Positions 40,465 through 54,480 of a stretch of DNA of 64,000 nt are shown here, one piece after another; the first letter of the stretch is position 1, and each line of letters begins with the position of its first letter. A model generated the notes under the pieces. The model was not told the DNA's origin. It did not search any database and saw only the letters and a program-made list of their open reading frames with translations. Source of the DNA: Camelus dromedarius (taxonomy: Eukaryota); the NCBI RefSeq assembly GCF_036321535.1, contig NC_087437.1, positions 89,468,001-89,532,000 of the forward strand. Reading direction: 5' to 3'. Made by a program: the position numbers and the translations under genes.

Positions 40465-40715
40465 TCAGTATGATTTATCTAATACTAGCAACAAAATTAG
40501 GAAAATAAAATTAATAAAAATACTATTCACAATAGCATCTCAAACTAAAATAATTAGGATAAAATTTAATAAAAGGTACGTGGCCTCTAAACTGCTCTGA
40601 GAAAAGAGGATAGAAATCCATGAGAGATACACCATGTTGATGGATTGGAAGATTCAAGGTTGTTAAGTCCATTTCCCCAAAATTGATCTATAGATTCAAT
40701 GCAATCCAAATAACC
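40465..40715 (+). mobile_element. L1 ORF2 fragment
   Basis: ctattcacaatagcatc...catgttgatggattggaagattcaa...aaattgatctatagattcaatgcaatcc. Confidence 0.85.
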
Positions 40716-40914
40716 ACATGGGACATATGCCTTCAAAATTCTGACAAAGAAAGTAACTTTTAAACTCTTTTAAACTCTACACCCGACCAAACTGTTAATA
40801 AAATAGGAAGGTAAAATAGAAGCAATTTCAGAGATGTAATGTCTGTAGAACTTGCATCCCATTCACCCTAAGAAAATTAATGGAGTATTTGCTCCATCAA
40901 AATGAAGAAGAAAA

Positions 40915-41205
40915 CTGACAGTCAAGAGTCTAAGGAGACATGATAGCTAAAATGTAATGTGTAACCTGGATGAGATCCTGGAACTGGAAAAGATATAAGG
41001 TACCTACTAAGGAAATCTAAATAAAGTATGGACTTTAGTTAATAATAACATAACAATATTGGGTCATTCATTTTAACAAATGCACCAAAAGAGGTTAGTA
41101 ACAGGAGAAACCAAGTATGGAGTATATGGGAACTCCTGTACTACATTCTCAATTTTTCTATAAATCTAAAACTGTCCTAAAAAAATTAAGTTCATTAAAA
41201 AAAAA
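40915..41205 (+). mobile_element. L1MB/MC-type 3' end with A tail
   Basis: ggagacatgatagctaaaatgtaatgtg...ggagtatatgggaactcctgtactac...taaatctaaaactgtcctaaaa. Confidence 0.85.
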
Positions 41206-41229
41206 ATCAGCATGATTAAGGTCCTCTTC

Positions 41230-41375
41230 CTCTCCACTTCTTAGAAATGAGAAAAAAAATGAGGTACAAAATAATTTAGTAATTTCCCCCAAGATCACAC
41301 AGCTAGTAATTGGTGGGGCCAATCTTCTAACCTCACAATTTGGCCCCATCATCCATGCTCTTAATGGCTATGCTA
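41230..41375 (-). mobile_element. MIR SINE
   Basis: agtaatttcccccaagatcacacagctagtaattggtggggc. Confidence 0.8.
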
Positions 41376-43429
41376 TATATAAGTAAAGACCTAAGGCTAA
41401 GAGAAATAAGCTGTCATGAGTCCTTTGCTGCTGAACGGAATTGTCCCAATCAGAATAACAAGGAGGTGCTTTCATAACCAGCTAAGAAAGAAGAATTTCA
41501 CACACGAATGAGAGCCGTCAAGAACACTGTGTAAGTAAGCGCTGCTCTGGGTTGCCCTGGTTATGAAGACCTTACCTAGTATTACCAGGATTATAATACA
41601 AAAAGCCACAAGCAAATGAAGTAAATAGTAGTAAGAGGTGGGGTAGTCTGGTTTTAGCTAACTCCACCTTAAGGGGTAGCCTGAGAGGGACGTTGGCAGT
41701 GAACAACAGATCCATGTTCAGACTTGGGTTGTAAACAGAAGGCACTGTGATAAGACTAACTGCTCATGAACTTTGGTACCTCATACATTTTGCCCATTGA
41801 CTTTCCCATCTTGCATATATAAGGAATTTCTGTGAATCCACATTTTCCAACCTGTTTTATCTGCTGGCTTCAATACTTGGAAGAAGCTCTAATGTAGACT
41901 AGGTGAGATCTTTTTCTTCTTGTGACCTGGTAACATTTGGCTGAGAAACATGGCAACTGTAATGTACAGATCTGAATATGGGACTATTTTTTGTTTCAAG
42001 TGACCAGTTTAAACCATTTCATGTCAATATAGTGGTACATGCCACTGAGAATTCAGAAATGTCCAGACACAGGTTTCTAGCTATGTCATCAGGATTCTCT
42101 CTCTCTCTCTTTTTCATTTATAGTGTCCTCTGTGCGGTCCACTCTTAAGGAGATTCCTCACATGGTGCACAGATAACATCAGGAGCCCTAGACTTAATAT
42201 GAAGACAAAACAGCTTTTCTTCTCTTGTGCCATATAAATTCATGAAAAAATAACACAACTGAGAGTAGCTCTACTTGTCCAAATATTCCATTCCTGGACC
42301 TACACAATTTATTTGATCAGAGGAAGGTGGTAGAACAATCTGATTTTGCAAACTTAGGATACATCGCCATATGTGGTACTAGGGCTTGGGGCCAGCCCCG
42401 CTCAGCAGTGTTGACAGAGTAAGTGAGAGAAGTGTCTCCTTCAAGAACACTTGGACTCACATAAGTACCTGCAAATGCAAAATTGTGTTTCCTTTTCTTT
42501 ATTTTCAAGTATTGTCTTTCTTATTTCCTTTCCAATGTCCCTGTGCTTACTACATATTTCCAAGGTTAGAGCTTTTAGATGTATGAATAAAACTGACAGA
42601 TTTAGAGGAATACTGCCTTGAATTCCTTCAACTGTAGGCATTAAAGAAAACTAAAGGTTACATCTAATAAAAAACACTTCAATATTTTCCTTTCAGAGGA
42701 CCTGTTCAATAAAGTATAGCACTATATAAATTCCAACAAAGTAAACATTATTGAATAAATTAACTTAAAAGAAATGTTTTTAAGGGAACATTCTGTAAAA
42801 TTGCAAAAGCTATGCTCTCATAACAAAGACTCCTGCAGGACTCGGAGGCTGTAGAAGCTGCATTTTGACACTGTTAAATATTCAAAGTGAAAATAGAGTC
42901 ACTGAGTCTCTGTCACTTGCATTTCAGTGTTTGCTTTCCGTTGTACTTCCCAAGCTTCTTTCTTCAAAGTCACAATTATTGACATGTATATTCAAAATTC
43001 ACCTCTAAAATACCTGAGTATTTGCTTTCAATTTCTCACACTCTCTAAGATTGTAGAGAAAAAATGAGAATGATCACATCTAAATTTAATAACTTGAAAT
43101 GAATAATTTGTTTAATATAATTATTCACTGTCTAAAGAGTTTCTCTCACCTTGTACTTCCATTTTCTGATATTAAAGTTATTTCTAATTATAAAAAGTTA
43201 TACCTGTGATTTGCTAAATTCATGAAGGTATAGGAAGACAAAAAGTCCCCTATTATGATCTAGAAATGGTATCTGATATTGATATTTTTGTCCCAATAAC
43301 CATGCAATTTAAATAGCTAAAACCATATTGATAAACCTTTTAATCTTGCTTTTTTCCAACAAACACGTGATAAGCATTCCCTCATTTAATTAATACTCTT
43401 CATTTCAATGATTGTGTTTTATTATAAGA

Positions 43430-44200
43430 ATATATTTTTCCCTTCTCCTAAATACATATATTCATGGGTCTGTTTCTGGGCTCTGTTCTTTTCCACTGAC
43501 TTATTAGTCTATTCTTGCGCTAATACCACCCATTCTAGCTTTACAATAAGTCTTGATACACGACAGAGCAAGTCCTGTGCATTGTGCTTTTTTAGAATGC
43601 TTTGGAAATTGCATTTCCCTATGAATTTTAGAATCAGCTTGTCAATTTCTACACAAATACACACCCACACAAATATGTGGGGATTTCACTGGGATTTTAG
43701 TGAATCTATCAATCAATTTGAGGATAATATCTTTACCAAGTTTTCTCCATTCCTTTAATCTCTTTCTATCTCTCAATATATTTCAATCCATGAGCATCAT
43801 ATGTTCCTCCATTTATTTAGGTCCTCTTTAGTTTCTTTCAATCTTGTTTCATTGCCTTGAATATCTTTCATTCACTTTGGTTCTATTTGGTTTAGTATGC
43901 TATTGTAAATAGCATCCTAAAGTTTATTTCATGTTTATTGCTGCTGAAATAATTTTCTTAATTCATTCCTGTACTATTGAGCACTTGAGTTATTTTCAGC
44001 TGAAAGTATGTGTGTATGTGTATTGTTTGTGTGTGCACATGTACATGTGTGAGTGACTTCTTGGCATCCTTTAGCACTGCATTGTTGCAGTTAAAAGTGC
44101 TAATTTTATAGGTGAATATCAAATTTTATTATCTTAATTTTCATTTCTTTAATTATTAGTGAGGGTGAATATTTTTAAATGTTCATTAGCCATTATCACT
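43430..44200 (-). mobile_element. Old L1 fragments (antisense)
   Basis: atgaattttagaatcagcttgtcaatttctac; tccatttatttaggtcctct; tttcatttctttaattattagtgag. Confidence 0.85.
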
Positions 44201-44825
44201 GAATAATTAATGATTCTGCAACTGGCAGAGAAACACCGAAGTATTAGCTGAATTCTGATGTGTTTTTTATGCAAAAACATTTTTTGTAGTTCAGCCTTTT
44301 TATTTAAGCATTGTTTTATTCTGTACAATACCGTTTTCCTATATATTTCCTTATCGTAATACCTGAATTTTCAAAGTCCTTTTGTTATGCCCTTGTTAAC
44401 AACTGGATTCACTTACTCCATTATGGGGATGCTGAAAGTTTCTTAAAAATGCCAACCTTTTATTTATCTCAAGCTATGTTTTGTTTAATATAGTGATTCC
44501 TGGCTTAGATACAAGATTTTATGTCATATGCTTTGAGAAAAATAAACATGTGATTTATTCCCTATTCACAAATAGCTGACCATCTAGCAGCACAGAAAGC
44601 CATGTGTGCAGTCAAATAAAACCAAGCCTCGGAACAAAATCTGAAATTAGCCAACTACTAAATTCCAAATGGAACATAAAATTTACTTTGTAATTTAATT
44701 GATTTTTCCCTGTTGCTTTCTTAGATTTAATGAAGAATCCTACCTGGCCACCTGGGGTGAAATGAGTACATTGATGAAAAGACTGAACTTGAAATTATGT
44801 GAAAGTTATATCAAAAAAGATAGGT

Positions 44826-44920
44826 TTTACATGTAAATACGTATATAGGGAAATGAATAACTATGCTGTACACCAGAAAGTAACACAACATTGTAAATTG
44901 AATATACTTCAGTTAAAAAA
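44826..44920 (+). mobile_element. Very short 5'-truncated L1 3' end
   Basis: tatgctgtacaccagaaagtaacacaacattgtaaattgaatatacttcagttaaaaaa; TSD aaaaaagataggt / aaaaaggataggt. Confidence 0.88.
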
Positions 44921-45614
44921 AAAAGGATAGGTAAAAATAAAAGAAAAAAATTTCACTTGTTAGCATAATAGCCATAGGAATGGAATTCACAATTAGAATG
45001 GAACTTGCATTCCCTTTATCATGTATTCTAGGTTAATTTATAGATTTGTTCAGTGAAACCTGGAATGTGTTCTGCCAGCCCCCACCTCCCCATCAAGCAG
45101 CAGATTCGGGATCCTCTCACCCTGCAGGTGTTACAATTAATTAAACCAGTGTTTCTATTTTGCAAGTATCATGACTGTGATAGCTAATGGTGATGAGTCT
45201 CCATAATATTGTTAGGTTCTCACTTTCCAGCTTAGGGGTATTGCTTTCATTCTAAAGTGTTGATTGTTTCTTATCTAACTTTGAAAATAAGATTAGATGC
45301 TTTTTAAACTGACGTCTCCTATATTGTCTAACTATGGAAATTTATATGGTAATTTAAAATCTGATAAGCTATGAGTGGCATAAGCTTGCCTAATAAAGCA
45401 ATCATAAGCATTGACACATTGGACAGAGTTCAGTTCAGTTTGCCTTTGCAAGGGAAAAATAATCTCCATCCTATGCTGAAGAATTAGAAGGGACACTGAA
45501 GATACTATTCATCAAACATAACTGTTTTTACTTTATCCACTTTCTGCCTGTGTCTGGAGTTTCAAAAAGATAAATGAAGAAAATAAAGGATAATATTCCT
45601 CTGGTCAGCCTGTC

Positions 45615-45730
45615 GTTCACTTTCTTCATTCAACAACTATTTTTTGGATGCTAACTGTATAAAACAAGCCACTGTGCAAGGCACAGGAAGGGATCAGATA
45701 CTGTTCTTGACATCTAATAGAAGTCAGACC
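45615..45730 (-). mobile_element. L2 3' fragment
   Basis: ttcattcaacaactatttt...cactgtgcaaggcac. Confidence 0.6.
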
Positions 45731-45944
45731 ATGTAGTCTATTTGCATCATTACAATTTGGGCACCTATGTTCTACTTACTAGCAATGTGACCCTGTAAAA
45801 TTGGTTAATCAAAACTGTCCTTTTCCAAAGGTAAAAAAGAGAAAAGTATCCATCAAGGTGGTTGTGTGGATTACGTTGAATAGCCCAATTTCTGACACAG
45901 TAGACAACAAAAAGTAAACCAAAACAAACAAAAAAACCGGTTTC

Positions 45945-46522
45945 TGTCGTAGGCAGCTCTGACATGCCTCACGATGACACCAACCTCCTGGTATTTACAT
46001 CCTTGTATAAGCCCCTTTCATTGAGTGTGGGCTGGACCTTTCCTTGCTTTTAAGAAAGGAATACAGTAAAAAGGACAGGTCACTTCACTGATTATGTTAG
46101 AGAACATTTCTTTCTTGCCAGTACTTACTGATTTTCTTTCCCCATGTCCTTGGCTTGCTCACTCTCATGAAGAAAGATGTAATGTTGGAAAGACCCATCC
46201 AGTAAGGAACTGAGGCCCTCAGTCCACCAGACTATAATGAACAAAATCCTGCCAACAGCCACTGAGGGATCTTGGAAGTGAATCGTGCACCAGTGTTAAA
46301 CCTTGGGACAACCACGACCCCTGCCCATACTGCGACTGCAGCCTTCTGAGAGAGCCGGGCCAGCATCTTGATTTCAGGTTTATCAAAGACCCTGAATCAG
46401 AGAACTCAACAAAGCTGGGCTCTGATTCTTGACCCACAGAAATTGTGAGATAATAAACGTGAAGTGTTTTAAACTACTATGCTTAAGAGTAAGTTGTTAC
46501 CCAGCAGTAGTTAACTAACACA
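45945..46522 (+). mobile_element. Full MaLR solo LTR (MLT1F/G-like)
   Basis: tgtcgtaggcagctctg start; gagataataaacg...ttgttacccagcagtagttaactaacaca end; 5-bp TSD GTTTC on both sides. Confidence 0.93.
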
Positions 46523-46729
46523 GTTTCTCTCGCATATGCCATCTCTGAATCTGTACCTGTTGATCTGTAAAAGATAATGATGCATGACCTACTGACCTCA
46601 GAAGATCTTTATAAAGTTTAAATAAGAGAATGCATGTAGAGCTTAGCAAACTCTCAAGCACCCTGCAAATACAAGCTAATTTTAAGGAATAAACAAGGTT
46701 GACACAAGTGATTGGTGTCACGAGGCAAG

Positions 46730-46900
46730 TACTTACACTTACTGAGCACCTAGGATGCTCCAAGCACTTTCCAAGATGTTTTAGAAATACAGCTAGCTGA
46801 CAAGGACATTTTATACTGGAGGAAACTGAGATTCAGCAAAGTTTAGTGATGGTTTTAAAATTCATCATCCAGATGTGGGTGAAAAGTTCATGTCCTTTCC
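46730..46900 (-). mobile_element. MIR SINE
   Basis: cattttatactggaggaaactgagattcagcaaagtttagtga. Confidence 0.65.
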
Positions 46901-46976
46901 TCTATGAAATCCTGTTTTCCTGTTGTTGTCGTTGTTTTTAAAACAAACCAAAAAGTGAGGCTTTCCAACTACTAAG

Positions 46977-47133
46977 TGTCTCTTAGTGAGTAATGCTGAT
47001 GCCCCACCAATATCTCCTCAATCGAGAGCGGGTACACTAATCCTCCACTTCTCCTGGGAGTCCTTCCTCCTTAAATCTCCTTCACCCACATCTTTGTTTC
47101 AGCCTCTGCCCCCAGGGAACTCAAGCTAAGACA
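46977..47133 (+). mobile_element. ERVL LTR fragment (LTR33-like)
   Basis: Ends gcctctgccccagggaactcaagctaagaca. Confidence 0.5.
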
Positions 47134-50100
47134 GTCCTTTGCCTCCCTCATTTTCTACTTTATCCTTTATACATTTCTATCTCCAAACCCCAGGTACACT
47201 TACCTAGCAATATATTTATTTAAACCTTAGGTTATAGTTACACAGGCTGTTGAGCTTAACAGAAGAACTAGCTGAGGTACAAGGAGAGCAAAGCCAAAGT
47301 TTGTGTTGTAGTTTTGCTGACAGACTCCTAAAAAAAGTTGTTCTCATGGGTCTATGATACAAAATCTGGGTATACTGCACATGCATTCATGGCACAGGGA
47401 AAATTTTACGCTGCATTAACAGATATATTAAATGTAAATAATTTATATACGGTGCTCATTTTACGTATAAAGTCATACAGCTGTGGTAGAAAAATTTGAA
47501 AATATAGGAAAATTATCTGAAGAAAAAATATATGTACCCTTAATTCAACTCTCCAAAAAGAATTTTGAAAATTCATCTAATTTTAAAGGAACTTTAAAAA
47601 AAATCCTCATCCAAACCGATAATTACGAGTCCAGAATTATCAGTTCCTGACAGAAATTCTTGTTCTTTCACCAGTCATTACCCTTTGGGTTCAAGGCATC
47701 TTACACATTTATTTTCCACTCTTCTCAACACGACTATTACCACAGTAGGAGAATTCTAGTCTTTTTTTCAGACGTGCCTTTGGATAACCAGTGGGTTAAA
47801 TTACTACATCTTTTATTTGGTGTTATTTTTATTAACTTTCGAGGACAGATTCCTCAGAACACAGGCATATTGATATTCTCTGCTTGTGGCTCAAAGCAGA
47901 TACAAACTCAATACTCATTGCTCTCACCCTGAATCCTACTCATTGAAGTAATTTATCATTCAGGTGAATTATTATTTTATACTTGTATTAATATCACTAA
48001 AAGAACAACAGTAAATACAATCACACTCATAGTACCGCCACAAAAATTCTAGGGCTATGTAATCCACATATCATGGGACCTGAAACTAACAATGTGTATG
48101 GGGCTGAAGATCAGACCCCACAGAGCCTTTTCCAGCCTTTTCCTCCCCTGTGAAGCCCTCCTTTAAACACAAATTAACAGGCAACATCTCCCTCAAGAAT
48201 GCTGGAATACTACACAGCATGTAGCATATTTTCAATAAATATTAAAAAGCTTAGTTCCTTGATGATTATTCCATTGTTTAATGTCATACAAGTGGCAGAG
48301 TGCAGAGGTCAGATACTATCTTTCCCTGTTTGGCCCTGGTCACTGACCCCCGTGATTATTCTGTAAATGTGTCTCAGGCAGACGTTCATCTTTGTCACTA
48401 GGTCTGTGATCAAAATGCTTTATTTAACAGCCAGGTCTATTAAGTTGTATTTATTCTGGGTAGTATAAAATAATGAAAAAGGAACATAAAACTTTCCCTT
48501 TGAGTGCAAGTCAGTCATTATGAGGTAAGGAAAGCCTTGTTCCAGACTATGCCAGCTGTCATAACTAGGGCAGTTACAGAGCATTAACCCACATGGGTAC
48601 ATTTCTGTTTATTCTGCAGCTATTTCTTAGAGTAGTTTTGACTGTATACATTCAAACAAAGTATGTCAAAACAAATGATTCATACAGGCTGATAAACTTT
48701 TACTTGTTTATCTTTCAATATTTTTGCTTTACACATCAGAGTAGAGTTTATTTTAGATGCAAGAATTATCACAAAGCTTCATTCTGCCAATGAGTGAGGC
48801 CATTTGGACATCGATTTGGCAAACACATGCATGGCTGACTGTTATATGTAAGGCACTATTCTAAGCCCTGTAATGGCACTCTGGCTATGGTGTCCAGGTT
48901 CTTACCTATTATATAATACAACCTCTCATTCCAAATACTTTGGAAGGTTATGTGCTCAGATTTAACTGTTTATATTCTTGTCTTTATCCCAAAGCATGTT
49001 GCAATCACTCTTGGACCACAGTATTTCAATACTGACTTTACCTTTCCACTTTTTTTTTTTAAGAACACATTTAAAAATTTTTTTCAAGGATGTATTTCCT
49101 CCCCAGAAGGGGAAAAAAAAAACTTCTCTAAGTTTAGAATACATAGGTTGTAAACACAACACTGTAGTATAAAACAGAATTCTAATTGTTTGCCCAGCAA
49201 ATACACTGGATGGAAGAATGAGTATGCAATTTTCATCCACCCAACAAAGTTGTATACGATGAAATTACGACTATGATGTGAAAAACACAAAAAGGTACAC
49301 ACCTTGGTTTCACTTGCATCCACCTTTAAATAACTTGAAAAGAATCACAGAATTTCAGAAATTCTCACAGCTTCATAAGAGATAGTGTGCGTGAAAAATA
49401 AATCAATGACAGATCCCCAGGAGTGGTAACTTATCTACAACTACCCTGAGTACCATCTGAGTTTTAAATGCTAGAAAATTAGGAGTAAAATACCTTGCTA
49501 TTTACAGTGAAAACCATTTTCTGATTAGAAGTGAGTGATATGACACCTAATCACAAAGTAGAAAAGTTAATCTTTTCGTAAGAATGAAAAATCATAATCC
49601 ATAGACTCTTTGAGAGAAAGATCAGATCAGAAATTTGATTCCAGAAATGGGGGAATCATGGCCCTGAAAGCTGAGTGATTTGCTTAGGTCTTCCTGCAAG
49701 TCAGTGGTTGAAACAGAGCATCCTGCCACCAGTTAGTCTCATTCATAATGGCATGCAGTCTCTAGTTATTAAGGCAAGCACAAAATAAGCACCGTCTCTG
49801 GCCATTTAATCACATTTTGGTTCACATCAATTTACCTCAAAAGAACCAAATGCTTTCTGTCTTAAGTATTCCAATATCAATGTCACATAATCTACGTACG
49901 TGCAATCTAGGTTTTATACACTTGCACCTGATTTCAACAAGAATGTCTCAGTAATATGTCACTATTTCTTATTTTTAAATGTGCCTGTTTCGAACCAGTC
50001 ATCTAATTAGGAGAGGCAGTGTCTCTGTGAAAAATTATCCTCAATATTTCATAAAGCAACAAACTTAAAAAAAAAGAAAGGACAGCAAAATACCATGTGC

Positions 50101-50367
50101 ACACATGTGTTCTGTCTCTATTGAGATTAGCTATTTCTAAGTACAGAGGCTGCATTAATGTGACTTGAAAACAAAGGCCTCTGCATGCGACAGAAACTCT
50201 ACTTTAATATGTACAAAAATATGCTGCAAATACAGGATTTACCTTCATAATACAAACTCTGAACAAGCCATAATACCTGAAATAGCCTAATCTAAGATCC
50301 AAACTTTCCTACAGTATTATGAAAGGGTAATCAGACCATGACGTTTTGATTTTAAATTTCACACATA

Positions 50368-51188
50368 TGTAGAGATGTACAATTCTAGTCAGTAATTTTT
50401 ATATTGGGCGTTTTCCTCCACACTACCAAGAAACTTTTGGACACTAGCTGGGTGTTGTCCCACAATTCAACTCAATTCTGACACCATCCACCTGGAGACA
50501 GTATCAGATCCCACAGGTTAAAGGTTCAGCCCTAGAAGAGGGTCCCCACCCTTCCATCACTGCAGATGCCAGTTTCAACCCAGGTTGTCCCCTGTGTTTT
50601 GACCAACCAGCCATAGGTTGGATGGTCCAAAGACCCCCCTCCCTGGGTTTGATTACTTCGCTAGAGTACTTACAGAACTCAGAGAAACATTTTACTTACT
50701 AGAGTACCAGCTTATTATAAAACGGTATAAACTCAGAACAGCCAGATGAAAGAGATGAATAGGGTGAGGTATAAGCAAAGGGCACGGGGCTTCCACGTCC
50801 TCTCCCAGTGCCCTGCCCTCCCCAAATCTCCATGTGTTCACCAACCCAAAAGTCCTCCAAACCCCGTTCTTTTATGCTTTTATGGAGGCTTCGTTACATA
50901 GGCATAATTCGCTAAATCACTGGCCCCTGTAATTGATTCAACCTCCAGGCCCTCTCCTCTCCCTGAAGGTTGGGGAGGGAGGACTGGAAGTTCTCACCAT
51001 CTTACGGTGTGGTTCGCTCCCCTGGCAACCAACCTCCAGTCTTAGGTTACCTAGGCACTTTCCCAAAGTCACCTCACTGACATAACAAAAGATGCCTTTA
51101 TCTCTCATCACTTAGGAAATTCCAGTGGGTTTAGGAGCTCTGTGCCAGATACACATTTCTTTTTATAAATCACAATATCAGTATCACA
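50368..51188 (-). mobile_element. MER21-like LTR
   Basis: caattcaactcaattctgacaccatccacctggag and cagatcccacaggttaa; reverse start tgtgatactgatattgtgattt; left boundary uncertain. Confidence 0.88.
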
Positions 51189-51498
51189 ATATGCTTACAT
51201 GTGAGTATTCATAGTTATGAATATTTAAGGTCTAAAGCACAATACAACAAGCACTCATATATTTACCACCCAGATACCAGTACCCGCAGGCTCCATCCTC
51301 TCTGCTCACCCTCCTGTTCTTCCTCAGACATAACCCTAACACTGAATCATCTGCCATTCTGTGGCATATTGTCCAAAAACTGGACAGCCATTTTCCCATT
51401 CCTGTATGGTGTATGCTTTTGCAATGAGATTTTTAACTCTTCTCATGAAGAGGAAGAATCTGCATTTCACTACATCAGGTTTTCTTGACCAGTTTGAC

Positions 51499-51913
51499 TG
51501 TGACAGTGAATGATCTGTGTCATCGTGGCTGAGGCATGGTGCCCAGACAGGTGGTCAGACATTATCCTGGCTGTTTCTGTGAGAGTGTTTTTGTATGAGA
51601 TTAACATTTAAATAAGTGGTTTTTGAGTAGACAGATTGTACTCCATAAGGAGGGTGGGCCTTATCCAAGCAGTTGAAATCTGAATAGAGCAAAAAATGGA
51701 CCTCCCCAGAGCAAGAGAGAATTCTGCAGAAGGGAGAATTTAAACCTGAACTACAACACAAGATTTTCCCTGGGTCTCCAGACTGCTGGCCACGCTGCAG
51801 ATGTAGACTTGCCAGCCTCCATCACTGCATGAACCATTCCCAGTCAATCCATCAATACACACACACACACACACACATACATAGGTGCTGATTCTCTAGA
51901 GAACTGTAATATA
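51499..51913 (+). mobile_element. MLT2-type ERVL LTR with internal (CA)n
   Basis: gtgtttttgtatgagattaacatttaaat, gggtgggccttatccaagcagttga, ttctctagagaac near the end. Confidence 0.88.
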
Positions 51914-52169
51914 TTGGTGTTTAAAACAAACAAACAAACCACAAAGCACAGTCTTACAAAACGCTTGTATAAGTCTTGACGTCTGCAAGACTTCGTGCAA
52001 GCACTACTCTTTGAGAACTTGTGCCTGCCACCACCAGAACAAACCAGGGCTAACCAGCTAAATGATAAGAGGCATAGTTAACTCCATCATGTGTATCAAT
52101 AGCAAGCCTACTTCCAGACATGGAAATGAGAAACTCAACTTATCAGCTGCTTACAAATGCATGATCAGT

Positions 52170-52686
52170 CCCAGTCAACACACCTCAAAATGTAGCATCT
52201 TATAGCAACAAATCTTTATTATCTTATATAGTTTCTGAAGATCAGGAATCAAGAGTGTCTTAGCTGGTGGTTCTGACTCAGAGCTTTTTACTAGGTTGCA
52301 GTTAAGCTACTAGTCAGAACAGAAGCTATTTCAAAGCTTGACTGTGGCTAGAAAGTTTGCTTCCAGGATCACATATATGGTTGATGGTAGGTCTCAGTTC
52401 TTAACAGGCTATTGGCTGCACATTTTATACCCTCATGTATCCATAGGGCTACTCACAATGTCTCGGCTTGCTTTCTCCAGGATAAGTGATCCAAGAGGGA
52501 AAGCAAGAGATTACCTAAGACAGAAGCCAAGGTCTCTTATAATCGAAACTTGGAGGAAACATACTAGCAGCTCTACCATACACATTGGTCACAAAGACTT
52601 CCCCTGGTAAATGAAGCCATGGACTATGACACATATTTATGAAGAGGAAGGGATCACTGGGTCCTTTTCAGAGGCTGGATAGCACA
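52170..52686 (-). mobile_element. MaLR LTR (MLT1E/F-like)
   Basis: tttattatcttatatagtttctgaagatcaggaatc; reverse start tgtgctatccagcctctgaaaaggacccagtgatccc. Confidence 0.8.
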
Positions 52687-52689
52687 GAA

Positions 52690-54480
52690 TTTATGTCTTT
52701 CAAAGAAGATTTAATAGTAATTCAATTTTAATACATCTTTTGGTGAATTTAGATACCTTATTTTATATAGGTAGTTATCATTTTAAGTGGCATTTTAAAA
52801 TCTTACATTTTTTAACATTTTCCTGAGGATATATAAAAATGAATATAATTGACTTGTGTATATTGAGCTTTTACTCTCTTACTCATAGAGTGATAGCAGG
52901 TATTATTTAGCTAATCTAAAACTAACTCTTTTAACCTTCATCATTATGATGCTTAATGTATGTTTGGCATTTAACCTTCAGAACAGAAGTCTCCTCTATT
53001 CTGATTTAGCTATGAATTTATTTTATTATGGATGGATGCTGAATTTTATTTAATGTTTTTACTACATCCAGTGAAATGATCATCCCTGTTTGTTAATTTA
53101 ATGTATTAATGTGACTATTGTGGCTAATTACACTATAGATTTCCTTACATTTAAACCAATCTGGCACTAGCAAAGATAAAGGCAACTTGGTCCTGCCCTA
53201 TTTTAATACACATTATTTTACCTTGTATTGTTATAAATGTGTTTTCATCTGTATTCAATGAAATAACTTGTATTTTTCTGGCATCATATTGTCTTTGTTA
53301 GTTTTGATATGTAGGCTATGTGGGACACATAAAATTTGAAAAGTTTCTTTCTTCCAATTAAAAAAATTAACTTTGAAATTGTAACTACCTATTTTTGGTA
53401 GAAATCATCTGTAAAATCTCTGGGTCTGGTACTGTTTTAAAACACTTTGAGGTCAAAATATACTTTACCTGCAATTGAATAGTTTTAACGGTTGTTTTTA
53501 TTGAGATTTTCTATTTTTTTGAGCAAAGGTTCACTTTTTAAAGAATACTTCTATCTTATGTAAATTTCAAATTTCAAATATAATTTTTAACAAACTAACC
53601 ACATAATCTCTGCTGAATGTATGCATATATGTACACATTTATGTCAACTTTTCAATTCTAATATTGTTTATTTCTAACATCTGTTTTATTTTTTATAAGA
53701 TATTCTCAAGCTTTTCAGTTGAATTAGTCTTAAAACCAACTTTTAGCTTTGTGGTTTTTCTCTACTATATATTACTTTCATTTCTACTCATGCTTACCTT
53801 TGACATTACTGAAGGTTATTCTATGACTACTTTGAACCTATTTAATTCAGTGCTTAGCTTACTAATTAATTGTCAGACTTTTTCCTATCTTTTTTAATGT
53901 TGGCATAAAATTGTGATTGAGACACATTCATTGTTACTCATCTTGGAGAATTTTTTAATTTCAAAGTTATTTTATAAATGGTTCAAAATTATTTTCTGGA
54001 GTGGTTCACTTAGAATTTTTACAGTTTTTCAGAATATTTGGGTTATTTAATATTTTAAAATTTATTTCCCCTTAAGAACTTAAGATTTTGGCCTTGTATA
54101 TGATTTTACTTCCATATTTGTTCATAATATGTATTTCCTAATAGTTTCCTTTATATGATCACCAGGACTGTTTTTTTTTTTTTAATCTAATTCCACTTCA
54201 TGTTGTGTTGCTAAATGTCTCCCACTATGAATGTCTATTTCTCTATTTTAGTCTGCCAATATGTAACTTATGTATTTTGGAACGATTTCACTGATACACA
54301 ACATGTTTAATAGTGTACATTTTTCTCTGCAAATGAACATTTTCTGCTCAATTTTTTCCTTAAACGATTTAATTGTAGTACAGTAGTTATACAAATATTC
54401 TCTAAATGTTTTTTTCATGGAATATTTTTGTTTGCTATTCTTTCCCTTTGAATACTTTCATGCCTCTACTGCAGATACTT
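52690..54480 (-). mobile_element. Highly diverged L1 (antisense), T-rich
   Basis: ggatggatgctgaattttatttaatg...tgaaatgatcat; tttggtagaaatcatctgtaaaatctctgggtctgg; aatgtctcccactatga. Confidence 0.75.
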
